Position numbers and translations under genes: made by a program. 64,000 nt of DNA from Felis catus (Eukaryota), in the NCBI RefSeq assembly GCF_018350175.1, contig NC_058383.1, positions 24,368,001 through 24,432,000 on the forward strand, given 5' to 3'. Under the pieces are notes generated by a model. That model ran no database searches. It had not been told where the DNA came from and saw only the letters and a list, made by a program, of their open reading frames with translations. Positions 52,480-64,000 of the stretch are shown one piece after another (within the stretch, counting starts at the first letter, position 1; the number at the start of each line of letters is the position of its first letter).

Positions 52480-52765
52480 TAGTATACAATTCCTGTAACA
52501 TAAAATTCACCAGTTTAAAGTATACAGTTCAATGGTTTTTAGTATGTTCACAGGGTGCAACCATCCACTGTCTGATTCCAGAACATTTCATCATTCCCCA
52601 AATGAAACCTGGTGCACATTAGCAGTCACTCCCCTTTTCCCCTTTTTCCCAGTCTCTGCCAACGACTGATCTGCTTTCTATCTTTATGGACTTGCCTCTC
52701 CTGGACATTTCATATAAATGGAATCATGCTTTATGTAGACTTGTTTCTGGCTTCTCATTATTTAA
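52480..52765 (-). mobile_element. Old L1MB 3' end
   Basis: acataaaattcaccagtttaaagtatacagttcaatggtttttagtatgttcacag... signature. Confidence 0.75.
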
Positions 52766-53651
52766 ATTTCAAGGAACAATGGAGCTTCTATATTGGTCAG
52801 GACTTCTTTGGTCACAAGTGGTAGAGACCACAACTCAAACTACCCTAGGCACAATGATTGAAAGAACGAATGAATGAGGAATGGAATATATTGGCTCTTA
52901 CAATTCAGAAGTACACAGGTAACTGCTCACAGCTACAGCTGTATCCAGGGCTCCAAGTATCCACAGGACCCAGTCTTGCTCTCTCCATCCCTCAGCTCTG
53001 TTTTCTTCAGTGTTGGCTCCATTACCGAGTAACTTTTCCCCTGGCTGTCCTCTTCGGCAACGCTAGCAGAAATAGAGATTATCCCACAATTCGAAGGACC
53101 ATCTAGGTGATGTGCCCATTTCTGTGCCTAACACTGTAGCTAAATGAGACGGAATACTCTGGCACAGTCCAGTGCCATGTGCCTGTCCCTGAAACAAACA
53201 CATCCTCCCACTATTCTGATGCTGCTATTATCCGGACCTGGGTCACATGCCCCCATTGAAGTCCAGAGTGGAATTAGTCCACCTGACCACATGAGCTAAC
53301 AGAAGAGAAGGGGGCTCTTAGCATAAAGAGGGAGGAATGGGTATTGGGTGGACAAATCTACAGATGTCACTAAAGTATCAGTGTTGAGAGGTTCATTAGG
53401 AATTATCTAGTCCAACCTCCTCGTCTTCCAGATGAAGAAACTGAGGTGTGTTTTCCCCAGCTCCCCCAATTCACTAGCAGAGTTATGTTGCTCTTGTCCT
53501 GCCAAAGACCCCTCCCCCATCCGAATCCACTCCCACTCCTACTCTGGCTATGAGATAAGTCAACAGCAAAGAAAAACATTTTCTATTGCTTTGTTTTCCT
53601 ACACAAACTCCTAACAGTTCTTCTTCATGCTATAGAATGAATCCACAAGTT

Positions 53652-53786
53652 CACCCATTCCCCTACTCACCTCCCCTCTGGTAACCATTAGTTTGTTCTC
53701 TGTAGGTAAGAATCTGTTTTCTGGTTATTTTTTTTTTCCTTTGTTCATTTGTTTCTTAAATTCTACATAGGAGTGAAATCATATGG
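53652..53786 (-). repeat. Inverted about 135-bp copy of the L1 3'UTR segment at 55258-55390
   Basis: Near-identical reverse complement, flanked by direct repeat CCACAAGTT (53643-53651, 53792-53800). Confidence 0.85.
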
Positions 53787-53989
53787 CTTAGCCACAAGTT
53801 TATCATGTTTGCCAGGCTGTCTGGATAGGGGCCTTTGCACTGGAATAAAATATTGATGCAATCTGCTTTTGCACATCTCAAGTGACGATGAAGTCCTTCT
53901 GGGGGAACTTAATGGTCACAACCCTAAGGGATGTGTAGAGAAGGATGTGTGATAATGGGATTATTCAAAGTACCTCAATTACAGTAATT

Positions 53990-55525
53990 TCTCTGACATT
54001 GGCCATAGCAACTTCTTTCTAGATATGTCTCCTGAGGCAAGGGAAAGAGAAGCAAGAATAAACTATTGAGAGTACATAAAAATAAAAAGCTTCTGGGGCA
54101 CCTGGGTGGCTCAGTCAATTAAGCGTCTGACTTCTGTTCAGGTCATGATCTCTCAGTTCATGAGTTTGAGCCCCACCTCAGGCTGTGTGCTGCAGCTCAG
54201 AGCCTGGAGCCTACTTCCAATTCTGTGTCTCCCTCTCTTTCTATCTATGCCTCCCCTACTCACACACTCTCTCTCTCAAAAATAAATAATAAAAAATTTT
54301 AATAAAAAGCTTCTGCACAGCAAAGGAAACAACCAACAAAACTAAAAGACAACCTACTGAGGGGCGCCTGGGTGGCGCAGTCGGTTGAGCATCCGACTTC
54401 AGCCAGGTCACGATCTCGCGGTCTGTGGGTTCGAGCCCCGCGTCAGGCTCTGGGCTGATGGCTCAGAGCCTGGAGCCTGTTTCCGATTCTGTGTCTCCCT
54501 CTCTCTCTGCCCCTCCCCCGTTCATGCTCTGTCTCTCTCTGTCCCAAAAATAAATAAACATTGAAAAAAAATTTTTTTAAAAGACAACCTACTGAATAGG
54601 GAAGATATTGCAAATGACATATCCAATAAAGGGTTAGTATCCAAAATATAGAAAGAATTTATACAACAACCGAAAAACAATACAATTAAAAAATGGGCAG
54701 AAAACATGAACAGACATTTTTCCAATGATGACATAGATGGATAACAGACACATGAAAAGATGCTCAACATCATCAATCATCACAGAAATACAAATCAAAA
54801 TCACAATGAGATATCACCTCACACCTGTCAGAATGTCTAAAATAAAAAACACAAAAAACAATAAGTGTTGGCAAGGATGCAGAGAAAAAGGAACTATCGT
54901 GTACTGTCGGTGGGAACACAAACTGGTGCAGCCACTGTGGAAAAGAATATGGAGGTTCCTCAAAAGATTTAAAAATAGAACTACTACATGATCCAGTAAT
55001 ACCACTACTGGGTATTGACCCAAAGAAAACAAAAACACTAATTCAAAAAGATATATGTACCCCTGTGTTTATTGCAGCATTATTTAGAATAGCCAAATTA
55101 TGGAAGCAGCTCAAGTGTCCATCAATAGATGAATGGAGACTATATATATATGAATATTACTCAGCCATTAAAAAGAATGAAATCTTGCCATTTGCAACAA
55201 CATGAATGGATCCATAGCATATTATGCTAAGTGAAATAAGTCAGAGAATGACAAATACCATATGACTTCACTCATATGTAGAATTTAAGAAACAAATGAA
55301 CAAAGAAAAAAAAAAGAATCAAAAAACAGACTCTTGCCTACAGAGAACAAACTAATGGTTACCAGAGGGGAGGTGAGTAGAATGGGTGAACGAGGTGAAG
55401 GAGATTAAGAGTATATTTATCATGATGAGCACTGAGTAATGTACATAATTGTTTAATCCCTATATTGTATACCTGAAACTAATATAACACTGTATGTTAA
55501 CTATATTGGAATTTAAAAATTTTTA
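53990..55525 (+). mobile_element. 5'-truncated carnivore L1 (ORF2 end and 3'UTR) containing two nested SINEs
   Basis: ORF2 C-terminal remnants ([18 protein letters not shown]); SINEs at 54095-54300 (TSD AATAAAAAGCTTCTG) and 54361-54577 (TSD TAAAAGACAACCTACTGA). Confidence 0.9.
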
Positions 55526-55634
55526 AGTGCCTGAAATAATTCATAGATTTCTTCTTTTGATCTTTCCATAAGAGCCCATACAATAACTGTTTTAGGCCAC
55601 CAAGACACAATAGAAAAGAAACAGTCATTGTAAA

Positions 55635-55852
55635 GGGAATTAAGAGATACAAACTTTGAGTTATAAAATAAGTTGTGGGGATGAAAAGTACAGCATAGGG
55701 AATATAGTCAATAATATTGTAGTAATGTATGGTGACAGATGGTAACTATACTTATCATGGTTGAGCATTTCATAAAGTATATAATTATTGAACCACTATG
55801 TTGTACACCTGAAACTAATATTGTATGTCCACTATACTTCAATTTTTTAAAA
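55635..55852 (+). mobile_element. L1MA-type 3' end
   Basis: gtacagcatagggaatatagtcaataatattgt...gttgtacacctgaaactaat. Confidence 0.8.
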
Positions 55853-58076
55853 AAGCAGTATTTACCCCCAAAAGCACAGTCTAGGAAAAGAGAGATGTAA
55901 AAAGATGATTACAGTACCATGCTTCAGTGTTACAGGAACATATAGTCAGGGTCCCAGCAGGAACAGGGGTGACTGAAGAGAATTCAATGAAGGGACTTTA
56001 AGAAAGGAGAGGGGAGAGTTACAGAAAGCAGAGGGGACAGTGAAGCATGCCAAGGCCAGCCACAGTAGGAAGCTGCCACCACCACTCGCTGAGTTGGCAT
56101 GAGCAGTTAGGGAACCCAGCAAGCACTGGAGCTAAGGCAGACAGGGGCTGTGGGCTTGGATGAAGGGAGGCAGCCGCAGCCCCACAAGGAAATGAGAGGT
56201 GGAGTAAATGTCTCAGCCCCTCTTTCCTCCCACTCTCTGGTCTCTTGATGGTGCCTCCCACTGGCCAAACCCAATCAGAAGTCCAGGGAGAGTCCATGGA
56301 GGTCACCAATGGGACACAGAGGAAGGTGGAGAGTAGCAGAGAGAGGTTCTGGAGGTTAAACAGAAGATGGCCTGCACAGCTACAGGGTCCAACCCAGACT
56401 AGTGGCAGGCAGAGAGGGTGAGTCTCCCAAGAGAGTTGGCTACATGGAGGAAGGGTTTCCCAGGAGGAGGGATGATGGTGTGCGGGGGCACAGGCATAGG
56501 AGAGGCACACTATATTCAGGAAGCTACAGGAAACCTGGTGTGGCTGCCATTAGGAGAGAGAGAGAGGAAGGGCCAGAGATGAGATCAGAGGCTTGTTAAG
56601 TATGCCATTCTCAAAAGAGGAAGTATAGATAGAGCCCTGGGTTTCTCAGTCTATGCATTATCAACATTTGGGTTCAGATTATTCTTTGTTGTAGGAGGCT
56701 GTCCTATGCATGGTAGGATGTTTAGCATTCCTGTTTCTAGCCACTAGATACCTGTATCAACCCCTGGCCCCCAACTCACGATAATGAAAAATGCCTGTAG
56801 ACATTGCCAGAGGTCCCTGGGGCAAAATTATCCCAGTTAAGAATCACTGACTTGGGAGAAGATGGGTTTAGTTCTGGGCATATTGAGTTTGAGGTACCTG
56901 TGAGACATTCAAGGGGAGACGTCAGATAAGCACTCGGGCTTATGGATTTGGAGCTCAAAACAATGGTCTGGGTTGGTTACTCAGATTTTGGAATTGCAAG
57001 CATACAATTGATGTGTATAGCCTGACGGCCTGAGATATAAGCACGGTATGTGTTTGACACACCAAACTCCTTCAGTGAAATGTTCTTTCTTTTATTTCTC
57101 ACTGACTTTTATGTTAGACTACAAAGAGAGGGAGACAGAGAGAGAACCAAGGGCATTAGGGAGTTTGATAGCACTGGATAAGCATCTAGTTTAAGGGATG
57201 GAGGTCTGAATACAGTGAGTATTTAAACTCATCCAGGCTCATAATCCTCCAGTCTGTCTCTAGACAAGGCATTTATACTGCTCTAGCTTCCTCCCTTAGG
57301 CCTCTCTTGTTTCATTTAGTTTGAAACATCTAGAATTCTTATAACAGTTATAACCTTTTATAATATGGTATAAGACTTTTTTACAGCAATGTGGCATGAT
57401 GGAGAGGCTATATCCTTCATGATAAGTTGGGAGAACATTCACATACTGATTCTGTGAATAATTCATAAGAGGCCAAGAGCCCACAAGAAGAGCATAAAGG
57501 TGCCTGGTGAGATCCCCAATAGCAAATGTCTCCCCAAAAGAGGTGAGAGTCGTCCAACATGACTGATGACTACAACTATGTTACACTTGAGGCAGAAAAT
57601 GGATTGAGAATGGTTTATGCAATGGGGAGAAAGTTTTTCCTTTCAGAGTCACTCCTTTCGACGTCACATAACCCACCCTGACCCTTAGATGCCATGTGAG
57701 ACACTACATTCAGTGAAACTCCTAGGAATCAACAGCCCAGCATAATTTGCATCTTGCCTCCAGCCTAGGCCTCCCATCTAGTTATGCAACAATAAATAGT
57801 GACCATCTGCTATATGACAGACCAGAATTTGGTGCAAGGGATGTGTCAGTGAACATAGGACAGAGAAAACTCCCTGTCTCCAAGGAGCTTACATTGTAAG
57901 GCAGAACATGGCTTCTCCAATAGGGAAGTAGGCGTAGCAGAGTTCTCAGTAGTGGGAAACTTTTAATTCAACTTTTTTGCTCCCTGATACAGAAGACTGA
58001 AGGTAATTCTCACTGTTTCGTTCATATATTTTGATCTAATTTTTGTGATAATTGCAGACATGGTATCTACCCTTTA

Positions 58077-58312
58077 TTTTTTTTTTTATTTAAAAAATTT
58101 TTTTTCAACGTTTTTATTTTTTTTTTTTGGGACAGAGAGAGACAGAGCATAAACGGAGGAGGGGCAGAGAGAGAGGGAGACACAGAATCGGAAACAGGCT
58201 CCAGGCTCTGAGCCATCAGCCCAGAGCCTGACGCGGGGCTCGAACTCACAGACCGCGAGATCGCGACCTGGCTGAAGTCGGACGTTTAACCGACTGCGCC
58301 ACCCAGGCGCCC
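58077..58312 (-). mobile_element. Young SINEC_Fc-type SINE
   Basis: Perfect TSD TGGTATCTACCCTTTA at 58061-58076 and 58313-58328; CpGs retained. Confidence 0.95.
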
Positions 58313-59320
58313 TGGTATCTACCCTTTAAATGGAACAACAGGAGATGTTCAGAGAATGGTAGATGAGCCAATGGAGCCTACAAGCTGGGTTACCTTAATA
58401 AAAATAAAATTCAGCTGTTGAAAAAAATGCAACTCTGACAACCCATTGTGGCCTCACAGAGGTTTATGATTATTCACGTGATAACAGAAAGGGATTAGGT
58501 TTGGTCCCTTCTTTTTAATCCAGCAATTTTGGATGGCATTTTCATGTGACATTTTACAATCCACATGTCCTTCAAAATCATATCCCCTTCTCTCATTGCA
58601 AAATTGACATGAAGTCCAAGGGGATGGTCATGGTGAGAGCTTCCAGTTCTACTGGACAAACAAACATCCTCCTTCCTGTATTTTCTGAGCCAAATGCTGC
58701 CCCTCCAGTAGAAAGAAGAATTCTCCAGCATGGAGAATTCCAGCTGGAAATGAGGAACTCCCACGAAGCACTTTGAATGAGATCCTTTAAGGCGGAGAGT
58801 TCCAGTAATATTTCCACTGACCTGCCTTTTCTCATTCTCCCAAAGAGGTATCTTTCCACGTCCATAAGGTGATATTCTATCCAGGCAGCAATGCAGGTTT
58901 CCAGCTCACAATTCGTTGTACCACCTCACACAGCCTCTCATTTGCTACAATGTATCGCCAGGCTTTCTATACTACTTTTACCTCTGACAGTCATGTACAA
59001 AGTACTACTAGAACTCATCCTTTTTGTTAACAGCAGCACTTCCTCCCCACCCCCCAACCCTGGTGACTTATACTTCTCATATATCCTAGGAACCAGTGTC
59101 TCATTAGGCAGATTCTGGAGAATAAGTGGAGAGAGGATCCTGGCATCTACAATAATGAAGTACTAATACACGCAGGCTCAGACACAACAAACTTTATCTG
59201 GGTTTCTTTTATGTGCCAAATGCTTTTGTGCACACTTTTTGAAAGCAAATACAGCTTCAGTCTATTCCAGACCAACAAAATGCAGTATTTGTAAACATGA
59301 TCATCCCCTAGTGCAACATA

Positions 59321-59326
59321 TTTATT
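59321..59326 (-). terminator. ANKS4B: Candidate ANKS4B polyadenylation signal
   Basis: TTTATT on + (AATAAA on -) in unique sequence 1.8 kb past the stop, with T/GT-rich sequence downstream on -; not provable without transcript data. Confidence 0.35.
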
Positions 59327-59711
59327 CCATGACTGACAATCTTTCTGAATCTATCCATTGAGGAAGAATGAGCCAATTGTTCATCAGATTTACACATCTG
59401 TATCCTCCTGAAGCTTATCGTCTCCATGGGTGCCTCTTGAAATAACCCAAACAGATGTGCATGAGGAACCATGCTGAAGATGAACAGCTGTTTCTGTATT
59501 ATACACACAGTCAATAGTAAATTCCACTTGATGTAAGTCTGGCTATAAAAATCCAAGGAAGCTTAGCTGTTCAGTAGGGTTTCAATCTGAATTGGGACAG
59601 CCATTCAAAAATGTCAGCTGCAATGCTGCCAGTTTATATCGTAGAACTTACACATATTCAGACATGTGGCCATGGTGACAGACAAGAATAAATAAAAGAT
59701 ACGTACATAAT

Positions 59712-59930
59712 AGGGGCTCTTGGGTGGCTCAGTCGGTTAAGCATCGGACTTCGGCTCAGGTCATGATCTCACAGATCATGGGATTGAGCCCTGCATCGGG
59801 CTCTGTGCTGACGGCTCAGAGCCTGGAGCCTGCTTCAGATTCTGTCTCCCTCTTTCTCTGTCCCTCCCCCTCTCATGTTCTATCTCTCTGCCTCTCAAAA
59901 ATAAAAAAAGTAATAAAAATTTTTTTAAAC
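59712..59930 (+). mobile_element. Can-SINE
   Basis: tRNA-like head, CT-rich body, A tail. Confidence 0.9.
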
Positions 59931-60111
59931 CACATAAAAAAAGATATGTACATGCACATAAAAATGTAAAATTTCCTTTTATAATCAACTTTTCCCTACA
60001 AATGACCTAGATTCCCCCCCCCACCCTTCTTTTAAGTTTCAGAAGGCACTTACCTTGAGAAAAATCATGAAACAGTCCAGACTTTTTCTCGGCATCCTTA
60101 TTTTCTCTCCA

Positions 60112-60500
60112 CTCCTTAGTCTTGGTCTGCTAAGACTGCCATAACAAAATACCACAGACTGGGTGGTTTAAACAACAGAAATTTATTTTCTTACAGCTCT
60201 GAAGACTGGAAGTGCAAGATCAAAGTATTGGAAGGTTTGGTTTTTCCTGAAGCATCTGTCTTTGGCTTGCAGATGACTGTTTTCTTGCTGTGTCCCCATG
60301 TGGCCTCTTCTGTGTGTGTGTGTGTGTGTGTGTGCAACCCTAAGTGTCTCTTCTTATAAGGACACCATCCATCTGTGTCCCTTATGACATCATTTAACTT
60401 TAATCACCTCCCTAATGGTCTGATCTCCAAAAATAGTTATGTTGAGGCATAAAGCTTCAGCATACAAATTTTAGGGAGATACGATTCATATTACATCAGG
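60112..60500. mobile_element. MLT1A/B-type MaLR LTR with (TG)n
   Basis: ttagtc...gctaagactgccataacaaaataccacagactgggtggtttaaacaacagaaatttattttc. Confidence 0.8.
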
Positions 60501-61121
60501 TACCCGGTATTCTATTTCTTTCTTCACTCTCCCTACATGCTGCTCTGCCTCTGTTCCCAGGCAGGAATATTATAAACCCATTTCCATTACTTATAAACAT
60601 GTAAACATCTGTTGAGGGGTTAAACACATTTAAGTTGGACATGAAGCCTCAGGCCAACGGAAGAACTCAAATCTCTTCCAACAGACAAAGTCATAGAGCT
60701 CAGGACAGAACTGGAGTTGGAATCCCCAGGCTCTAAGGATGAGAAAGTAAGCAGCACGCTTGTGTGACAAGAGATTATAATTTTTAAGTTCAGAGTTGGA
60801 AAATTAAAGAGATTTTCCCTTGTCTGCCATTCATTTAACCCTTTCTATATTCAAAAATATCAAAAAGATAATTGGAGAGAAAATTGCATTCTTGTATTCC
60901 CAGATCTCTTTGAGTTGGTCACTGGTGGTTTTTTTGGACTGGTACAGAATATTTCTCAGACTACAGTCTGGGCCTCTTTCTTAGGAGCGCATTTCCAAAA
61001 CCCTAGGAACAATTCCCAGTGGCCTGGCATTGGGCATACAGAGGGTGTCGACTGGAGGGTTTCCAGTGGGCCACAGCATTGCCCCATTGCTGCAGGTTCA
61101 CCCTGTGGACCCAATAATCCA

Positions 61122-62211
61122 TCAAAGACTGGTGTCAGTCAGTTGCCCAGGCTGTTGTAGCACCTGCTTCCTTCCATTTATAGCATTAAGAACTTTCTTC
61201 CTGGGACCAAGCTGCATTTGTATACTCTGAAGATCCTCATCAGAGCAAAGTAACAGAGCTTCTAGATCAATCTGCTCTCTCATGAAAATGGGAAGGAATT
61301 CTTCCAGGTGGTGGGACTGCAAAAATACTTCCAGAGGAGTAGCATCAACCACATCTTCCTCCCACTCCACTTCATCCTCATCCCAAGGCAAATCATCTTC
61401 ATGGCTGTTTTCCACTCCCTCTTTGTTAGCCTCAGCTTCCTCGGCCTCTGCTGCTCCTTGTCTCTGAAGCAATTCACTGTGCATCTGAAATCCCAACACC
61501 CTCTTGCTGTCTGAGAGGTCTTCGGGACTTAATATTCTGTTCCTTCTAAAAACAATATTGCCTAGACCCGGACGGTTAAGAATGGACTCGTGCTGCACAC
61601 CTCCGTCCTCCTTTGCTGAGAAATGGAGCTTCTCTTTGAAGTCCTGGGAGAATGTGTCTTCCTCCTCTTCTCTGAACACTTCCATCACATTCCTCTGCCC
61701 ACTTCTGCTCTCCTTCCCTACCAGCTCTTCTGTATCTTTGTTCTTCTTGAACTTTATCTTGAAGGTGTCTTTAAGGCCCTTAGTTGCTGACCCAAATGTA
61801 CCAGAAGCAGAAGCATTTGAAAGGGATGACCTGGAGAAAGTAGCCTTGGAAGAAGAAAGAGTCCCAGATTCCTCCTTGCTATAGGTGCGAGCCATCTTAT
61901 GTTGGTGCTTCTCTTGGAGCCTCTCGCACTCTTTGATCTGCCTCCTGGCATTCTTCTGAGCCTGCTCCTTCAGCCTGCTAACTTTCTTGGGGCTCATGAT
62001 GTTCTGGGCAGTGGCAGCCTTATCCAGGAGAGCAACACATTCATTCTGCTCTCTGCTAGCAGCAGCATCCAGTGGAGACTGTAAGTTGTTGTCCAGGGCA
62101 AAGATGTTGGCACCAAAGTTGACCAGGAATGAAACACAGTGGGTATGACCATTGGAGGCTGCATAATGCAAGGGAGTATTTCCCCAGATGTCACATCTAT
62201 TAGGGTCCCCT
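61122..62211 (-). CDS. ANKS4B: Ankyrin repeat and SAM domain-containing protein 4B (HARP), last coding exon; exon 1 is outside the window to the right
   Basis: Minus-strand acceptor tttttctag|A GGG GAC at 62211; 1090 nt to the stop. Ankyrin repeats (DIWGNTPLHYAASNGH), central motif ESILNRPGLGNIVFRR, acidic linker, SAM domain (PLEVFL...LGPRKKVL) and C-terminal PDZ-binding motif DTSL. The M at the start of the ORF-track entry is intronic. Confidence 0.97.
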
Positions 62212-62266
62212 CTAGAAAAAATATCAAAAATACACATAATTTTTGTTTCTTAGAACATGAGGTCCA

Positions 62267-62269
62267 AAA

Positions 62270-62318
<49 letters not shown>
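62267..62318. repeat. (AAAT)13 microsatellite
   Basis: Direct read; about 55 nt into the intron from the ANKS4B acceptor. Confidence 0.95.
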
Positions 62319-62320
<2 letters not shown>

Positions 62321-62607
62321 AACCAAGATGAACAAAATACATGTTAATCCTGCCTTGGCATTGGTTATAACTTGTGAAAGTCTGAACACATAGAGAAATC
62401 AACATGGCCAGAAACAGAAAGAGCCCATCTCTACCCTTTGCTTCCTTTTTAGAAGAAAAGCTTCTCAAGAAACATCCCCCTCCCCCCAAAAAAGCCACTT
62501 TCATGTTTCATTGTTTCCAATTGGGTCACATGTCTATAGGAAGAGAAATAGAACTACTATAACTTAGGCCAACTAAAAATTTTCCCTGAAGCTAGGGATA
62601 AGATTAC

Positions 62608-63020
62608 CCAGTGGCATACTTGTAAATGTTTAACAACTGGCTTACCCAAGAAAAAGATCAAAGCTCTGATTTATGGCATGTGCCAATTTTTGTGTTGTAC
62701 ATACACCCATCATGGCAAAATTCAAGCTACTAATGTGATATTACTGGACACAGTTTGGAAGAGATGTACAGTAACACACTGTTATAAATTATTCCCACCA
62801 TATATGTAGATATTGCAGATGTACAAAATCTTAAGAACATAGTTAATAGTAAAATGCACTAAATAATTAGGAAGTGAGAAGTTTTGAGTATTTAAAAATA
62901 TAATTTATTAACTGATAGGTTAAATAACCTTATTTTTAATAACGACTCTGTTTAACAGACTGAAACTTCCTGAAAATTTAGCAATCATCTCTCATGAGCT
63001 GGTAAGAGCTCATTCCCACT
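62608..63020. mobile_element. MER63-like hAT element
   Basis: ccagtggcatacttgtaaatgtttaacaactggct start resembles MER63. Confidence 0.6.
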
Positions 63021-64000
63021 CTAACAGTGTTACCACACTGGAGTCACATGTAGGAAAATAAAGAACTGAACAGAACCGGGTTCCCACCAACAAGAAAGAA
63101 GAGGAGAATGGATATTGTGTAGGTACCAAACAGTATCTACTACAACCATTATTCATACAAAGGGTAGAACATATCCATTGATTCCCCAACTTACTTCCAT
63201 GTAATTACAGTGTCATATATGTGATCAGTTCTGCAATGGCTTATGGTGTAATTGGGGGTACTATTAGATGGGATTAAGGCCAGAGACCCCATGCCAGCAT
63301 GGAAACAGTCATGCGGTAGTTGCTCAATAAAGATTTGTGGGATGAATTAATGCCTACTGGAATCTTGCCCCAGGCCACAACCCCACTCCCCCATGAGATT
63401 GTGAGTTACTGGCAGTCATGTTGTTTAATATGGCTCTGGCCCCAAGCCCAAGCCATTGATGAGAACTCTGATAATACAGGTACTAAGAGGCATTCTTCCA
63501 TCACCCTAGACTAGACCCCCAAACGAGGATCTCTCTAAACTTTCCCCAGTCTGGACCCATGGAAGGACAGGAGACAGGTTCCGAGAGAAGGCCTCTTGAC
63601 ATTCTTGGTGAGTAGGATGTGGAAACAGGAGAGACAATCCATGCACTTGCAACTGCCACATCAATGCCCTGTGACCCTTCCTCTGTTGCTTGCTACTCAA
63701 AGTTTGGTCCCTGGATCAGTAGTAGCAGCTGCAGCTGCAGCTGCTAGTTTGCTAGAAATGCAGAATCTTGGACTCCAGCCCAGAATTCCTGAATCAGAAT
63801 CCGAAGTTTAACAAGATCCCAAGGTGATATGTAAGTTCCCTGCAGATTGAGAAGAGCTGCGCTAGTTAACGGAGCCTAACCAATGTCCAGTAATTTGATG
63901 AATCGAATTTGTAACTCCTCCATGGAAAGCCTTGGTCTCCTCAGGCTTTTCAGTGGTGAAGGTTTATACTTTCAACACCATCACCACCACCCACCATCAC

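Noticed and set aside
58495..59166. Cluster of 76-91 aa ORFs between CRYM and ANKS4B
   Set aside because: No recognisable homology or exon structure; lengths compatible with chance.
62212..62237. ANKS4B as a single-exon 371-aa gene starting MCIFDIFSR
   Set aside because: These residues are intron read-through before the acceptor at 62212; the real N-terminal exon lies outside the window.

Overview
Mammalian genomic DNA from a cat-family (felid) carnivore, judged from tRNA-derived Can-SINEs of the SINEC_Fc type and L1_Fc-like LINEs; the species cannot be determined. (1) Positions 1-31 kb are almost entirely nested retroelements: two roughly 6-kb full-length but broken L1s in opposite orientation, one internally deleted L1, older L1M relics and many SINEs. 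(2) A CpG island at about 31.3-31.75 kb has minus-strand splice donors and is probably the promoter of a gene running leftwards out of the window. (3) The complete, intact 8-exon CRYM gene (mu-crystallin/ketimine reductase, 314 aa) lies on + at 37189-52074. (4) The large last coding exon of ANKS4B lies on - at 62211-61122, tail-to-tail with CRYM. I found no convincing evidence of a new biological system. The best leads are an unidentified retrocopy-like fragment upstream of CRYM, the unexplained CpG island, a SINE-derived candidate poison exon in CRYM intron 3, and several retrotransposition or repair scars (3' transductions, a micro-L1 inside an L1, a templated inverted copy). Repeat subfamily names and comparisons with human/mouse orthologues are from memory and should be confirmed with RepeatMasker/BLAST.
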